A DNA stretch of 64,000 nt from Nemertoderma westbladi. Lineage: Eukaryota; Animalia; Xenacoelomorpha. The position numbers and the translations under genes are program-made. The notes under the pieces were generated by a model. That model was not told where the DNA came from. It saw only the letters and a program-made list of their open reading frames with translations, and did no database searches. Shown here piece by piece: positions 46,053 to 61,000 of this stretch (positions are counted from its first letter, which is position 1; the number at the start of each line of letters is the position of its first letter). Where the stretch lies: NCBI GenBank assembly GCA_032718475.1, contig JAUCBJ010002989.1:1-64000 (forward strand), written 5' to 3'.

Positions 46053-49000
46053 TTCAGCATCCTGTTGCAAACATCCAATAATGGTCTGTTTAGCACTCCG
46101 GTTGCAAACATCCAATAATGGTCTGTTCTGCACTCCTGTTGCAAACATCCAATAATGGTCTGTTCAGCACTCCTGTTGCAAACATCCAATAATGGTCAGT
46201 TTAGCACTCCTGTTGCAAACATCCAATAATGGTCTGTTCAGCATCCGGTTGCAAACATCCAATAATGGTCTGTTTAGCACTCCTGTTGCAAACATCCAAT
46301 AATGGTCTGTTCAGCATCCGGTTGCAAACATCCAATAATGGTCTGTTCAGCATCCGGTTGCAAACATCCAATAATGGTCTGTTCAGCACTCCGGTTGCAA
46401 ACATCCAATAATGGTCTGTTCAGCACTCCGGTTGCAAACATCCAATAATGGTCTGTTCTGCACTCCTGTTGCAAACATCCAATAATGGTCTGTTCAGCAT
46501 TCCGGATGCAAACATCCAATAATGGTCTGTTCAGCATCCGGTTGCAAACATCCAATAATGGTCTGTTCAGCACTCCGGATGCAAACATCCAATAATGGTC
46601 TGTTCAGCATCCGGTTGCAAACATCCAATAATGGTCTGTTCAGCACTCCGGTTGCAAACATCCAATAATGGTCTGTTCTGCACTCCTGTTGCAAACATCC
46701 AATAATGGTCTGTTCTGCACTCCGGTTGCAAACATCCAATAATGGTCTGTTCAGCACTCCGGATGCAAACATCCAATAATGGTCTGTTCTGCACTCCTGT
46801 TGCAAACATCCAATAATGGTCTGTTCTGCACTCCTGTTGCAAACATCCAATAATGGTCTGTTCAGCATCCGGTTGCAAACATCCAATAATGGTCTGTTTA
46901 GCACTCCTGTTGCAAACATCCAATAATGGTCTGTTCAGCATCCGGTTGCAAACATCCAATAATGGTCTGTTCAGCATCCGGTTGCAAACATCCAATAATG
47001 GTCTGTTCAGCACTCCGGTTGCAAACATCCAATAATGGTCTGTTCTGCACTCCTGTTGCAAACATCCAATAATGGTCTGTTCAGCATTCCGGATGCAAAC
47101 ATCCAATAATGGTCTGTTCAGCACTCCGGATGCAAACATCCAATAATGGTCTGTTCAGCATCCGGTTGCAAACATCCAATAATGGTCTGTTCAGCATCCG
47201 GTTGCAAACATCCAATAATGGTCTGTTCAGCATCCGGTTACAAACATCCAATAATGGTCTGTCCAGCACTCCGGTTGCAAACATTCACTAATGGTCTGTT
47301 CTGCACTCCTGTTGCAAACATCCAATAATGGTCTGTTCTGCACTCCGGTTGCAAACATCCAATAATGGTCTGTTCAGCACTCCGGATGCAAACATCCAAT
47401 AATGGTCTGTTCTGCACTCCTGTTGCAAACATCCAATAATGGTCTGTTCTGCACTCCGGTTGCAAACATCCAATAATGGTCTGTTCAGCACTCCGGTTGC
47501 AAACATCCAATAATGGTCTGTTCTGCACTCCTGTTGCAAACATCCAATAATGGTCTGTTTAGCACTCCGGTTGCAAACATCCAATAATGGTCTGTTTAGC
47601 ACTCCGGTTGCAAACATCCATTAATGGTCTGTTTAGCACTCCTGTTGCAAACATCCAATAATGGTCTGTTCAGCATCCGGTTACAAACATCCAATAATGG
47701 TCTGTTCAGCACTCCGGATGCAAACATCCAATAATGGTCTGTTCTGCACTCCTGTTGCAAACATCCAATAATGGTCTGTTCTGCACTCCGGTTGCAAACA
47801 TCCAATAATGGTCTGTTCAGCACTCCGGTTGCAAACATCCAATAATGGTCTGTTCTGCACTCCTGTTGCAAACATCCAATAATGGTCTGTTTAGCACTCC
47901 GGTTGCAAACATCCAATAATGGTCTGTTCAGCACTCCGGTTGCAAACATCCAATAATGGTCTGTTCTGCACTCCTGTTGCAAACATCCAATAATGGTCTG
48001 TTTAGCACTCCGGTTGCAAACATCCAATAATGGTCTGTTTAGCACTCCGGTTGCAAACATCCAATAATGGTCTGTTCAGCACTCCGGTTGCAAACATCCA
48101 ATAATGGTCTGTTCTACACTCCTGTTGCAAACATCCAATAATGGTCTGTTTAGCACTCCGGTTGCAAACATCCAATAATGGTCTGTTCAGCACTCCGGTT
48201 GCAAACATCCAATAATGGTCTGTTCTGCACTCCTGTTGCAAACATCCAATAATGGTCTGTTTAGCACTCCGGTTGCAAACATCCAATAATGGTCTGTTCT
48301 GCACTCCGGTTGCAAACATCCAATAATGGTCTGTTCTGCACTCCTGTTGCAAACATCCAATAATGGTCTATTCAGCACTCCGGTTGCAAACATCCAATAA
48401 TGGTCTGTTTAGCACTCCGGTTGCAAACATCCAATAATGGTCTGTTTAGCAGTCCTGTTGCAAACATCCAATAATGGTCTGTTCTGCACTCCTGTTGCAA
48501 ACATCCAATAATGGTCTGTTTAGCACTCCGGTTGCAAACATCCAATAATGGTCTGTTCAGCACTCCGGTTGCAAACATCCAATAATGGTCTGTTCTGCAC
48601 TCCTGTTGCAAACATCCAATAATGGTCTGTTTAGCACTCCGGTTGCAAACATCAAATAATGGTCTGTTCAGCACTCCGGTTGCAAACATCCAATAATGGT
48701 CTGTTCTGCACTCCTGTTGCAAACATCCAATAATGGTCTGTTTAGCACTCCGGTTGCAAACATCCAATAATGGTCTGTTTAGCACTCCTGTTGCAAACAT
48801 CCAATAATGGTCTGTTCTGCACTCCTGTTGCAAACATACAATAATGGTCTGTTTAGCACTCCGGTTGCAAACATCCAATAATGGTCTGTTTAGCACTCCT
48901 GTTGCAAACATCCAATAATGGTCTGTTCTGCACTCCTGTTGCAAACATCCAATAATGGTCTGTTTAGCACTCCGGTTGCAAACATCCAATAATGGTCTGT

Positions 49001-52000
49001 TCAGCACTCCGGTTGCAAACATCCAATAATGGTCTGTTCTGCACTCCTGTTGCAAACATCCAATAATGGTCTGTTTAGCACACCGGTTGCAAACATCCAA
49101 TAATGGTCTGTTCAGCACTCCGGATGCAAACATCCAATAATGGTCTGTTCTGCACTCCTGTTGCAAACATCCAATAATGGTATGTTCTGCACTCCGGTTG
49201 CAAACATCCAATAATGGTCTGTTCAGCACTCCGGTTGCAAACATCCAATAATGGTCTGTTCAGCACTCCGGTTGCAAACATCCAATAATGGTCTGTTCTG
49301 CACTCCTATTTTCATCCGGTTACAAACATCCAATAATGGTCTGTTCAGCACTCCTGTTGCAAACATCCAATAATGGTCTGTTCAGCATTCCGGATCCAAA
49401 CATCCAATAATGGTCTGTTCAGCACTCCGGATGCAAACATCCAATAATGGTCTGTTCAGCATCCGGTTGCAAACATCCAATAATGGTCTGTTCAGCACTC
49501 CGGTTGCAAACATCCAATAATGGTCTGTTCTGCACTCCTGTTGCAAACATCCAATAATGGTCTGTTCAGCATTCCGGATGCAAACATCCAATAATGGTCT
49601 GTTCAGCACTCCGGATGCAAACATCCAATAATGGTCTGTTCAGCATCCGGTTGCAAACATCCAATAATGGTCTGTTCAGCATCCGGTTGCAAACATCCAA
49701 TAATGGTCTGTTCAGCATCCGGTTACAAACATCCAATAATGGTCTGTCCAGCACTCCGGTTGCAAACATCCAATAATGGTCTGTTTAGCACTCCGGTTGC
49801 AAACATCAAATAATGGTCTGTTTAGCACTCCTGTTGCAAACATCCAATAATGGTCTGTTCAGCATCCGGTTACAAACATCCAATAATGGTCTGTTCAGCA
49901 CTCCGGATGCAAACATCCAATAATGGTCTGTTCTGCACTCCTGTTGCAAACATCCAATAATGGTCTGTTCTGCACTCCGGTTGCAAACATCCAATAATGG
50001 TCTGTTCAGCACTCCGGTTGCAAACATCCAATAATGGTCTGTTCAGCACTCCGGTTGCAAACATCCAATAATGGTCTGTTCTGCACTCCTGTTTCAAACA
50101 TCCAATAATGGTCTGTTTAGCACTCCGGTTGCAAACATCCAATAATGGTCTGTTCAGCACTCCGGTTGCAAACATCCAATAATGGTCTGTTCTGCACTCC
50201 TGTTGCAAACATCCAATAATGGTCTGTTTTGCACTCCGGTTGCAAACATCCAATAATGGTCTGTTTAGCACTCCGGTTGCAAACATCCAATAATGGTCTG
50301 TTTAGCACTCCTGTTGCAAACATCCAATAATGGTCTGTTCTGCACTCCGGTTGCAAACTTCCAATAATGGTCTGTTCTGCACTCCTGTTGCAAACATCCA
50401 ATAATGGTCTGTTTAGCACTCCGGTTGCAAACATCCAATAATGGTCTGTTCTGCACTCCTGTTGCAAACATCCAATAATGGTCTGTTTAGCACTCCGGTT
50501 GCAAACATCCAATAATGGTCTGTTTAGCACTCCTGTTGCAAACATCCAATAATGGTCTGTTCTGCACTCCTGTTGCAAACATCCAATAATGGTCTGTTTA
50601 GCACTCCGGTTGCAAACATCCAATAATGGTCTTTTTAGCACTCCTGTTGCAAACATCCAATAATGGTCTGTTCTGCACTCCTGTTGCAAACATCCAATAA
50701 TGGTCTGTTTAGCACTCCGGTTGCAAACATCCAATAATGGTCTGTTTAGCACTCCGGTTGCAAACATCCAATAATGGTCTGTTTAGCACTCCGGTTGCAA
50801 ACATCCAATAATGGTCTGTTTAGCACTCCTGTTGCAAACATCCAATAATGGTCTGTTCTGCACTCCTGTTGCAAACATCCAATAATGGTCTGTTTAGCAC
50901 TCCGGTTGCAAACATCCAATAATGGTCTGTTCTGCACTCCTGTTGCAAACATCCAATAATGGTCTGTTTAGCACTCCGGTTGCAAACATCCAATAATGGT
51001 CTGTTTAGCACTCCGGTTGCAAACATCCAGTAATGGTCTGTTTAGCACTCCGGTTGCAAACATCCAATAATGGTCTGTTTAGCACTCCTGTTGCAAACAT
51101 CCAATAATGGTCTGTTCTGCACTCCTGTTGCAAACATCCAATAATGGTCTGTTTAGCACTCCGGTTGCAAACATCCAATAATGGTCTGTTTAGCACTCCG
51201 GTTGCAAACATCCAATAATGGTCTGTTTAGCACTCCGGTTGCAAACATCCAGTAATGGTCTGTTTAGCACTCCGGTTGCAAACATCCAATAATGGTCTGT
51301 TTAGCACTCCTGTTGCAAACATCCAATAATGGTCTGTTCAGCACTCCGGTTGCAAACATCCAATAATGGTCTGTTTAGCACTCCGGTTGCAAACATCCAA
51401 TAATGGTCTGTTCAGCACTCCGGTTGCAATTATCCACTAATGGTCTGTTCAGCACTCCGGATGCAAACATCCAATAATGGTCTATTCAGCATCCGGTTAC
51501 AAACATCCAATAATGGTCTGTTCTGCACTCCTATTTTCATCCGGTTACAAACATCCAATAATGGTCTGTTCAGCACTCCGGATGCAAACATCCAATAATG
51601 GTCTGTTCAGCACTCTTGTTGCAAACATCCAATAATGGTCTGTTCTGGATCCGGTTGCAAACATCCAATAATGGTCTGTTCTGGATCCGGTTGCAAACAT
51701 CCAATAATGGTCTGTTCAGCACTCCGGATGCAAACATTCAATAATGGTCTGTTCTGCACTCCTGTTGCAAACATCCAATAATGGTCTGTTTAGCACTCCT
51801 GTTGCAAACATCCAATAATGGTCTGTTCAGCATCCGGTTGCAAACATCCAATAATGGTCTGTTCAGCACTCCGGATGCAAACATCCAATAATGGTCTGTT
51901 CTGCACTCCGGATTCAAACATCCAATAATGGTCTGTTCTGCACTCCTGTTGTAAACATCCAATAATGGTCTGTTTAGCACTCCTGTTGCAAACATCCAAT

Positions 52001-55000
52001 AATGGTCTGTTCAGATTCCGGTTGCAAACATCCAATAATGGTCTGTTCAGCACTCCGGATGCAAACATCCAATAATGGTCTGTTCAGCACTCCGGATGCA
52101 AACATCCAATAATGGTCTGTTCAGCACTCGCGTTGCAAACATCCACTAATGGTCTGTTCTGGATCCGGTTGCAAACATCCAATAATGGTCTGTTCAGCAC
52201 TCCGGATGCAAACATCCAATAATGGTCTGTTCTGCACTCCTGTTGCAAACATCCAATAATGGTCTGTTTAGCACTCCTGTTGCAAACATCCAATAATGGT
52301 CTGTTCAGCATCCGGTTACAAACATCCAATAATGGTCTGTTCTGCACTCCTGTTGCAAACATCCAATAATGGTCTGCTTAGCACTCCTGTTGCAAACATC
52401 CAATAATGATCTGTTCTGCACTCCTGTTGCAAACATCCAATAATGGTCTGTTTAGCACTCCTGTTGCAAACATCCAATAATGGTCTGTTCAGCATCCGGT
52501 TGCAAACATCCAATAATGGTCTGTTCAGCATCCGGTTGCAAACATCCAATAATGGTCTGTTCTGCACTCCTGTTGCAAACATCCAATAATGGTCTGTTTA
52601 GCACTCCGGTTGCAAACATCCAATAATGGTCTGTTTAGCACTCCTGTTGCAAACATCCAATAATGGTCTGTTCTGCACTCCTGTTGCAAACATCCAATAA
52701 TGGTCTGTTTAGCACACCGGTTGCAAACATCCAATAATGGTCTTTTTAGCACTCCTGTTGCAAACATCCAATAATGGTCTGTTCTGCACTCCTGTTGCAA
52801 ACATCCAATAATGGTCTGTTTAGCACTCCGGTTGCAAACATCCAATAATGGTCTGTTTAGCACTCCGGTTGCAAGCATCCAATAATGGTCTGTTTAGCAC
52901 TCCGGTTGCAAACATCCAATAATGGTCTGTTTAGCACTCCTGTTGCAAACATCCAATAATGGTCTGTTCTGCACTCCTGTTGCAAACATCCAATAATGGT
53001 CTGTTTAGCACTCCGGTTGCAAACATCCAATAATGGTCTGTTCTGCACTCCTGTTGCAAACATCCAATAATGGTCTGTTTAGCACTCCGGTTGCAAACAT
53101 CCAATAATGGTCTGTTTAGCACTCCGGTTGCAAACATCCAATAATGGTCTGTTTAGCACTCCTGTTGCAAACATCCAATAATGGTCTGTTCAGCATCCGG
53201 TTGCAAACATCCAATAATGGTCTGTTCAGCACTCCGGATGCAAACATCCAATAATGGTCTGTTCTGCACTCCGGATTCAAACATCCAATAATGGTCTGTT
53301 CTGCACTCCTGTTGTAAACATCCAATAATGGTCTGTTTAGCACTCCTGTTGCAAACATCCAATAATGGTCTGTTCAGATTCCGGTTGCAAACATCCAATA
53401 ATGGTCTGTTCAGCACTCCGGATGCAAACATCCAATAATGGTCTGTTCTGCACTCCTGTTGCAAACATCCAATAATGGTCTGTTTAGCACTCCTGTTGCA
53501 AACATCCAATAATGGTCTGTTCAGCATCCGGTTACAAACATCCAATAATGGTCTGTTCTGCACTCCTGTTGCAAACATCCAATAATGGTCTACTTAGCAC
53601 TCCTGTTGCAAACATCCAATAATGGTCTGTTCTGCACTCCTGTTGCAAACATCCAATAATGGTCTGTTTAGCACTCCTGTTGCAAACATCCAATAATGGT
53701 CGGTTCAGCATCCGGTTGCAAACATCCAATAATGGTCTGTTCAGCATCCGGTTGCAAACATCCAATAATGGTATGTTCTGCACTCCTGTTGCAAACATCC
53801 AATAATGGTCTGTTTAGCACTCCGGTTGCAAACATCCAATAATGGTCTGTTTAGCACTCCTGTTGCAAACATCCAATAATGGTCTGTTCTGCACTCCTGT
53901 TGCAAACATCCAATAATGGTCTGTTTAGCACACCGGTTGCAAACATCCAATAATGGTCTTTTTAGCACTCCTGTTGCAAACATCCAATAATGGTCTGTTC
54001 TGCACTCCTGTTGCAAACATCCAATAATGGTCTGTTTAGCACTCCGGTTGCAAACATCCAATAATGGTCTGTTTAGCACTCCGGTTGCAAGCATCCAATA
54101 ATGGTCTGTTTAGCACTCCGGTTGCAAACATCCAATAATGGTCTGTTTAGCACTCCTGTTGCAAACATCCAATAATGGTCTGTTCTGCACTCCTGTTGCA
54201 AACATCCAATAATGGTCTGTTTAGCACTCCGGTTGCAAACATCCAATAATGGTCTGTTCTGCACTCCTGTTGCAAACATCCAATAATGGTCTGTTTAGCA
54301 CTCCGGTTGCAAACATCCAATAATGGTCTGTTTAGCACTCCGGTTGCAAACATCCAATAATGGTATGTTTAGCACTCCGGTTGCAAACATCCAATAATGG
54401 TCTGTTTAGCACTCCTGTTGCAAACATCCAATAATGGTCTGTTCTGCACTCCTGTTGCAAACATCCAATAATGGTCTGTTCTGCACTCCTGTTGCAAACA
54501 TCCAATAATGGTCTGCTTAGCACTCCTGTTGCAAACATCCAATAATGGTCTGTTCTGCACTCCTGTTGCAAACATCCAATAATGGTCTGTTTAGCACTCC
54601 TGTTGCAAACATCCAATAATGGTCGGTTCAGCATCCGGTTGCAAACATCCAATAATGGTCTGTTCAGCATCCGGTTGCAAACATCCAATAATGGTATGTT
54701 CTGCACTCCTGTTGCAAACATCCAATAATGGTCTGTTTAGCACTCCGGTTGCAAACATCCAATAATGGTCTGTTTAGCACTCCTGTTGCAAACATCCAAT
54801 AATGGTCTGTTCTGCACTCCTGTTGCAAACATCCAATAATGGTCTGTTTAGCACACCGGTTGCAAACATCCAATAATGGTCTTTTTAGCACTCCTGTTGC
54901 AAACATCCAATAATGGTCTGTTCTGCACTCCTGTTGCAAACATCCAATAATGGTCTGTTTAGCACTCCGGTTGCAAACATCCAATAATGGTCTGTTTAGC

Positions 55001-58000
55001 ACTCCGGTTGCAAGCATCCAATAATGGTCTGTTTAGCACTCCGGTTGCAAACATCCAATAATGGTCTGTTTAGCACTCCTGTTGCAAACATCCAATAATG
55101 GTCTGTTCTGCACTCCTGTTGCAAACATCCAATAATGGTCTGTTTAGCACTCCGGTTGCAAACATCCAATAATGGTCTGTTCTGCACTCCTGTTGCAAAC
55201 ATCCAATAATGGTCTGTTTAGCACTCCGGTTGCAAACATCCAATAATGGTCTGTTTAGCACTCCGGTTGCAAACATCCAATAATGGTCTGTTTAGCACTC
55301 CGGTTGCAAACATCCAATAATGGTCTGTTTAGCACTCCTGTTGCAAACATCCAATAATGGTCTGTTCTGCACTCCTGTTGCAAACATCCAATAATGGTCT
55401 GTTTAGCACTCCGGTTGCAAACATCCAATAATGGTCTGTTTAGCACTCCGGTTGCAAACATCCAATAATGGTCTGTTCAGCACTCCGGTTGCAAACATCC
55501 ACTAATGGTCTGTTCAGCACTCCGGATGCAAACATCCAATAATGGTCTATTCAGCATCCGGTTACAAACATCCAATAATGGTCTGTTCTGCACTCCTATT
55601 TTCATCCGGTTACAAACATCCAATAATGGTCTGTTCAGCACTCCGGATGCAAACATCCAATAATGGTCTGTTCAGCACTCTTGTTGCAAACATCCAATAA
55701 TGGTCTGTTCTGGATCCGGTTGCAAACATCCAATAATGGTCTGTTCAGCACTCCGGATGCAAACATTCAATAATGGTCTGTTCTGCACCCCTGTTGCAAA
55801 CATCCAATAATGGTCTGTTTAGCACTCCTGTTGCAAACATCCAATAATGGTCTGTTCAGCATCCGGTTGCAAACATCCAATAATGGTCTGTTCAGCACTC
55901 CGGATGCAAACATCCAATAATGGTCTGTTCTGCACTCCGGATTCAAACATCCAATAATGGTCTGTTCTGCACTCCTGTTGTAAACATCCAATAATGGTCT
56001 GTTTAGCACTCCTGTTGCAAACATCCAATAATGGTCTGTTTAGCACTCCTGTTGCAAACATCCAATAATGGTCTGTTCAGCACTCCGGATGCAAACATCC
56101 AATAATGGTCTGTTCAGCACTCCGGATGCAAACATCCAATAATGGTCTGTTCAGCACTCGCGTTGCAAACATCCACTAATGGTCTGTTCTGGATCCGGTT
56201 GCAAACATCCAATAATGGTCTGTTCAGCACTCCGGATGCAAACATCCAATAATGGTCTGTTCAGCACTCCGGATGCAAACATCCAATAATGGTCTGTTCA
56301 GCACTCGCGTTGCAAACATCCACTAATGGTCTGTTCTGGATCCGGTTGCAAACATCCAATAATGGTCTGTTCAGCACTCCGGATGCAAACATCCAATAAT
56401 GGTCTGTTCTGCACTCCTGTTGCAAACATCCAATAATGGTCTGTTTAGCACTCCTGTTGCAAACATCCAATAATGGTCTGTTCAGCATCCGGTTACAAAC
56501 ATCCAATAATGGTCTGTTCTGCACTCCTGTTGCAAACATCCAATAATGGTCTGCTTAGCACTCCTGTTGCAAACATCCAATAATGGTCTGTTCTGCACTC
56601 CTGTTGCAAACATCCAATAGTGGTCTGTTTAGCACTCCTGTTGCAAACATCCAATAATGGTCTGTTCAGCATCCGGTTGCAAACATCCAATAATGGTCTG
56701 TTCAGCATCCGGTTGCAAACATCCAATAATGGTCTGTTCTGCACTCCTGTTGCAAACATCCAATAATGGTCTGTTTAGCACTCCTGTTGCAAACATCCAA
56801 TAATGGTCTGTTCAGCATCCGGTTGCAAACATCCAATAATGGTCTGTTCAGCATCCGGTTGCAAACATCCAATAATGGTCTGTTCTGCACTCCTGTTGCA
56901 AACATCCAATAATGGTCTGTTCTGCACTCCTGTTGCAAACATCCAATAATGGTCTGTTCTGCACTCCTGTTGCAAACATCCAATAATGGTCTGTTCAGCA
57001 TCCGGTTGCAAACATCCAATAATGGTCTGTTCTGCACTCCGGTTGCAAACATCCAATAATGGTCTGTTCAGCATTCCGGATGCAAACATCCAATAATGGT
57101 CTGTTCAGCATTCCGGATGCAAACATCCAATAATGGTCTGTTCAGCATCCGGTTGCAAACATCCAATAATGGTCTGTTCAGCATCCGGTTGCAAACATCC
57201 AATAATGGTCTGTTCAGCATTCCGGATGCAAACATCCAATAATGGTCTGTTCAGCACTCCGGATGCAAACATCCAATAATGGTCTGTTCAGCATCCGGTT
57301 GCAAACATCCAATAATGGTCTGTTCAGCATCCGGTTGCAAACATCCAATAATGGTCTGTTCAGCATCCGGTTACAAACATCCAATAATGGTCTGTTCAGC
57401 ATTCCGGTTGCAAACATCCACTAATGGTCTGTTCTGGATCCGGTTGCAAACATCCAATAATGGTCTGTTCAGCATCCGGTTGCAAACATCCAATAATGGT
57501 CTGTTCAGCACTCCGGATGCAAACATCCAATAATGGTCTGTTCTGCACTCCTGTTGCAAACATCCAATAATGATCTGTTCTGCACTCCGGTTGCAAACAT
57601 CCAATAATGGTCTGTTCAGCACTCCGGTTGCAAACATCCAATAATCGTCTGTTCTGCACTCCTGTTGCAAATATCCAATAATGGTCTGTTTAGCACTCCG
57701 GTTGCAAACATCCAATAATGGTCTGTTTAGCACTCCGGTTGCAAACATCCAATAATGGTCTGTTTAGCACTCCTGTTGCAAACATCCAATAATGGTCTGT
57801 TCAGCATCCGGTTACAAACATCCAATAATGGTCTGTTCTGCACTCCTGTTGCAAACATCCAATAATGGTCTGTTTAGCACTCCTGTTGCAAACATCCAAT
57901 AATGGTCTGTTCTGCACTCCTGTTGCAAACATCCAATAATGGTCTGTTTAGCACTCCGGTTGCAAACATCCAATAATGGTCTGTTTAGCACTCCGGTTGC

Positions 58001-61000
58001 AAACATCCAATAATGGTCTGTTTAGCACTCCGGTTGCAAACATCCAATAATGGTCTGTTTAGCACTCCTGTTGCAAACATCCAATAATGGTCTGTTCTGC
58101 ACTCCTGTTGCAAACATCCAATAATGGTCTGTTTAGCACTCCGGTTGCAAACATCCAATAATGGTCTGTTTAGCACTCCGGTTGCAAACATCCAATAATG
58201 GTCTGTTCAGCACTCCGGTTGCAAACATCCACTAATGGTCTGTTCAGCACTCCGGATGCAAACATCCAATAATGGTCTATTCAGCATCCGGTTACAAACA
58301 TCCAATAATGGTCTGTTCTGCACTCCTATTTTCATCCGGTTACAAACATCCAATAATGGTCTGTTCAGCACTCCGGATGCAAACATCCAATAATGGTCTG
58401 TTCAGCACTCTTGTTGCAAACATCCAATAATGGTCTGTTCTGGATCCGGTTGCAAACATCCAATAATGGTCTGTTCAGCACTCCGGATGCAAACATTCAA
58501 TAATGGTCTGTTCTGCACCCCTGTTGCAAACATCCAATAATGGTCTGTTTAGCACTCCTGTTGCAAACATCCAATAATGGTCTGTTCAGCATCCGGTTGC
58601 AAACATCCAATAATGGTCTGTTCAGCACTCCGGATGCAAACATCCAATAATGGTCTGTTCTGCACTCCGGATTCAAACATCCAATAATGGTCTGTTCTGC
58701 ACTCCTGTTGTAAACATCCAATAATGGTCTGTTTAGCACTCCTGTTGCAAACATCCAATAATGGTCTGTTCAGATTCCGGTTGCAAACATCCAATAATGG
58801 TCTGTTCAGCACTCCGGATGCAAACATCCAATAATGGTCTGTTCAGCACTCCGGATGCAAACATCCAATAATGGTCTGTTCAGCACTCGCGTTGCAAACA
58901 TCCACTAATGGTCTGTTCTGGATCCGGTTGCAAACATCCAATAATGGTCTGTTCAGCACTCCGGATGCAAACATCCAATAATGGTCTGTTCTGCACTCCT
59001 GTTGCAAACATCCAATAATGGTCTGTTTAGCACTCCTGTTGCAAACATCCAATAATGGTCTGTTCAGCATCCGGTTACAAACATCCAATAATGGTCTGTT
59101 CTGCACTCCTGTTGCAAACATCCAATAATGGTCTGCTTAGCACTCCTGTTGCAAACATCCAATAATGGTCTGTTCTGCACTCCTGTTGCAAACATCCAAT
59201 AGTGGTCTGTTTAGCACTCCTGTTGCAAACATCCAATAATGGTCTGTTCAGCATCCGGTTGCAAACATCCAATAATGGTCTGTTCAGCATCCGGTTGCAA
59301 ACATCCAATAATGGTCTGTTCTGCACTCCTGTTGCAAACATCCAATAATGGTCTGTTTAGCACTCCTGTTGCAAACATCCAATAATGGTCTGTTCAGCAT
59401 CCGGTTGCAAACATCCAATAATGGTCTGTTCAGCATCCGGTTGCAAACATCCAATAATGGTCTGTTCTGCACTCCTGTTGCAAACATCCAATAATGGTCT
59501 GTTCTGCACTCCTGTTGCAAACATCCAATAATGGTCTGTTCTGCACTCCTGTTGCAAACATCCAATAATGGTCTGTTCAGCATCCGGTTGCAAACATCCA
59601 ATAATGGTCTGTTCTGCACTCCGGTTGCAAACATCCAATAATGGTCTGTTCAGCATTCCGGATGCAAACATCCAATAATGGTCTGTTCAGCATTCCGGAT
59701 GCAAACATCCAATAATGGTCTGTTCAGCATCCGGTTGCAAACATCCAATAATGGTCTGTTCAGCATCCGGTTGCAAACATCCAATAATGGTCTGTTCAGC
59801 ATTCCGGATGCAAACATCCAATAATGGTCTGTTCAGCACTCCGGATGCAAACATCCAATAATGGTCTGTTCAGCATCCGGTTGCAAACATCCAATAATGG
59901 TCTGTTCAGCATCCGGTTGCAAACATCCAATAATGGTCTGTTCAGCATCCGGTTACAAACATCCAATAATGGTCTGTTCAGCATTCCGGTTGCAAACATC
60001 CACTAATGGTCTGTTCTGGATCCGGTTGCAAACATCCAATAATGGTCTGTTCAGCATCCGGTTGCAAACATCCAATAATGGTCTGTTCAGCACTCCGGAT
60101 GCAAACATCCAATAATGGTCTGTTCTGCACTCCTGTTGCAAACATCCAATAATGATCTGTTCTGCACTCCGGTTGCAAACATCCAATAATGGTCTGTTCA
60201 GCACTCCGGTTGCAAACATCCAATAATCGTCTGTTCTGCACTCCTGTTGCAAATATCCAATAATGGTCTGTTTAGCACTCCGGTTGCAAACATCCAATAA
60301 TGGTCTGTTTAGCACTCCGGTTGCAAACATCCAATAATGGTCTGTTTAGCACTCCTGTTGCAAACATCCAATAATGGTCTGTTCAGCATCCGGTTACAAA
60401 CATCCAATAATGGTCTGTTCAGCACTCCGGATGCAAACATCCAATAATGGTCTGTTCAGCATCCGGTTGCAAACATCCAATAATGGTCTGTTCAGCATCC
60501 GGTTACAAACATCCAATAATGGTCTGTTCTGCACTCCTATTTTCATCCGGTTACAAACATCCAATAATGGTCTGTTCAGCATCCGGTTGCAAACATCCAA
60601 TAATGGTCTGTTCAGCACTCCGGATGCAAACATCCAATAATGGTCTGTTCAGCACTCTTGTTGCAAACATCCAATAATGGTCTGTTCTGGATCCGGTTGC
60701 AAACATCCAATAATGGTCTGTTCAGCACTCCGGATGCAAACATCCAATAATGGTCTGTTCTGCACTCCTGTTGCAAACATCCAATAATGGTCTGTTTAGC
60801 ACTCCTGTTGCAAACATCCAATAATGGTCTGTTCAGCATCCGGTTGCAAACATCCAATAATGGTCTGTTCAGCACTCCGATGCAAACATCCAATAATGGT
60901 CTGTTCTCCACTCCGGATGCAAACATCCAATAATGGTCTGTTCTGCACTCCGGATGCAAACATCCAATAATGGTCTGTTCTGCACTCCTGTTGTAAACAT

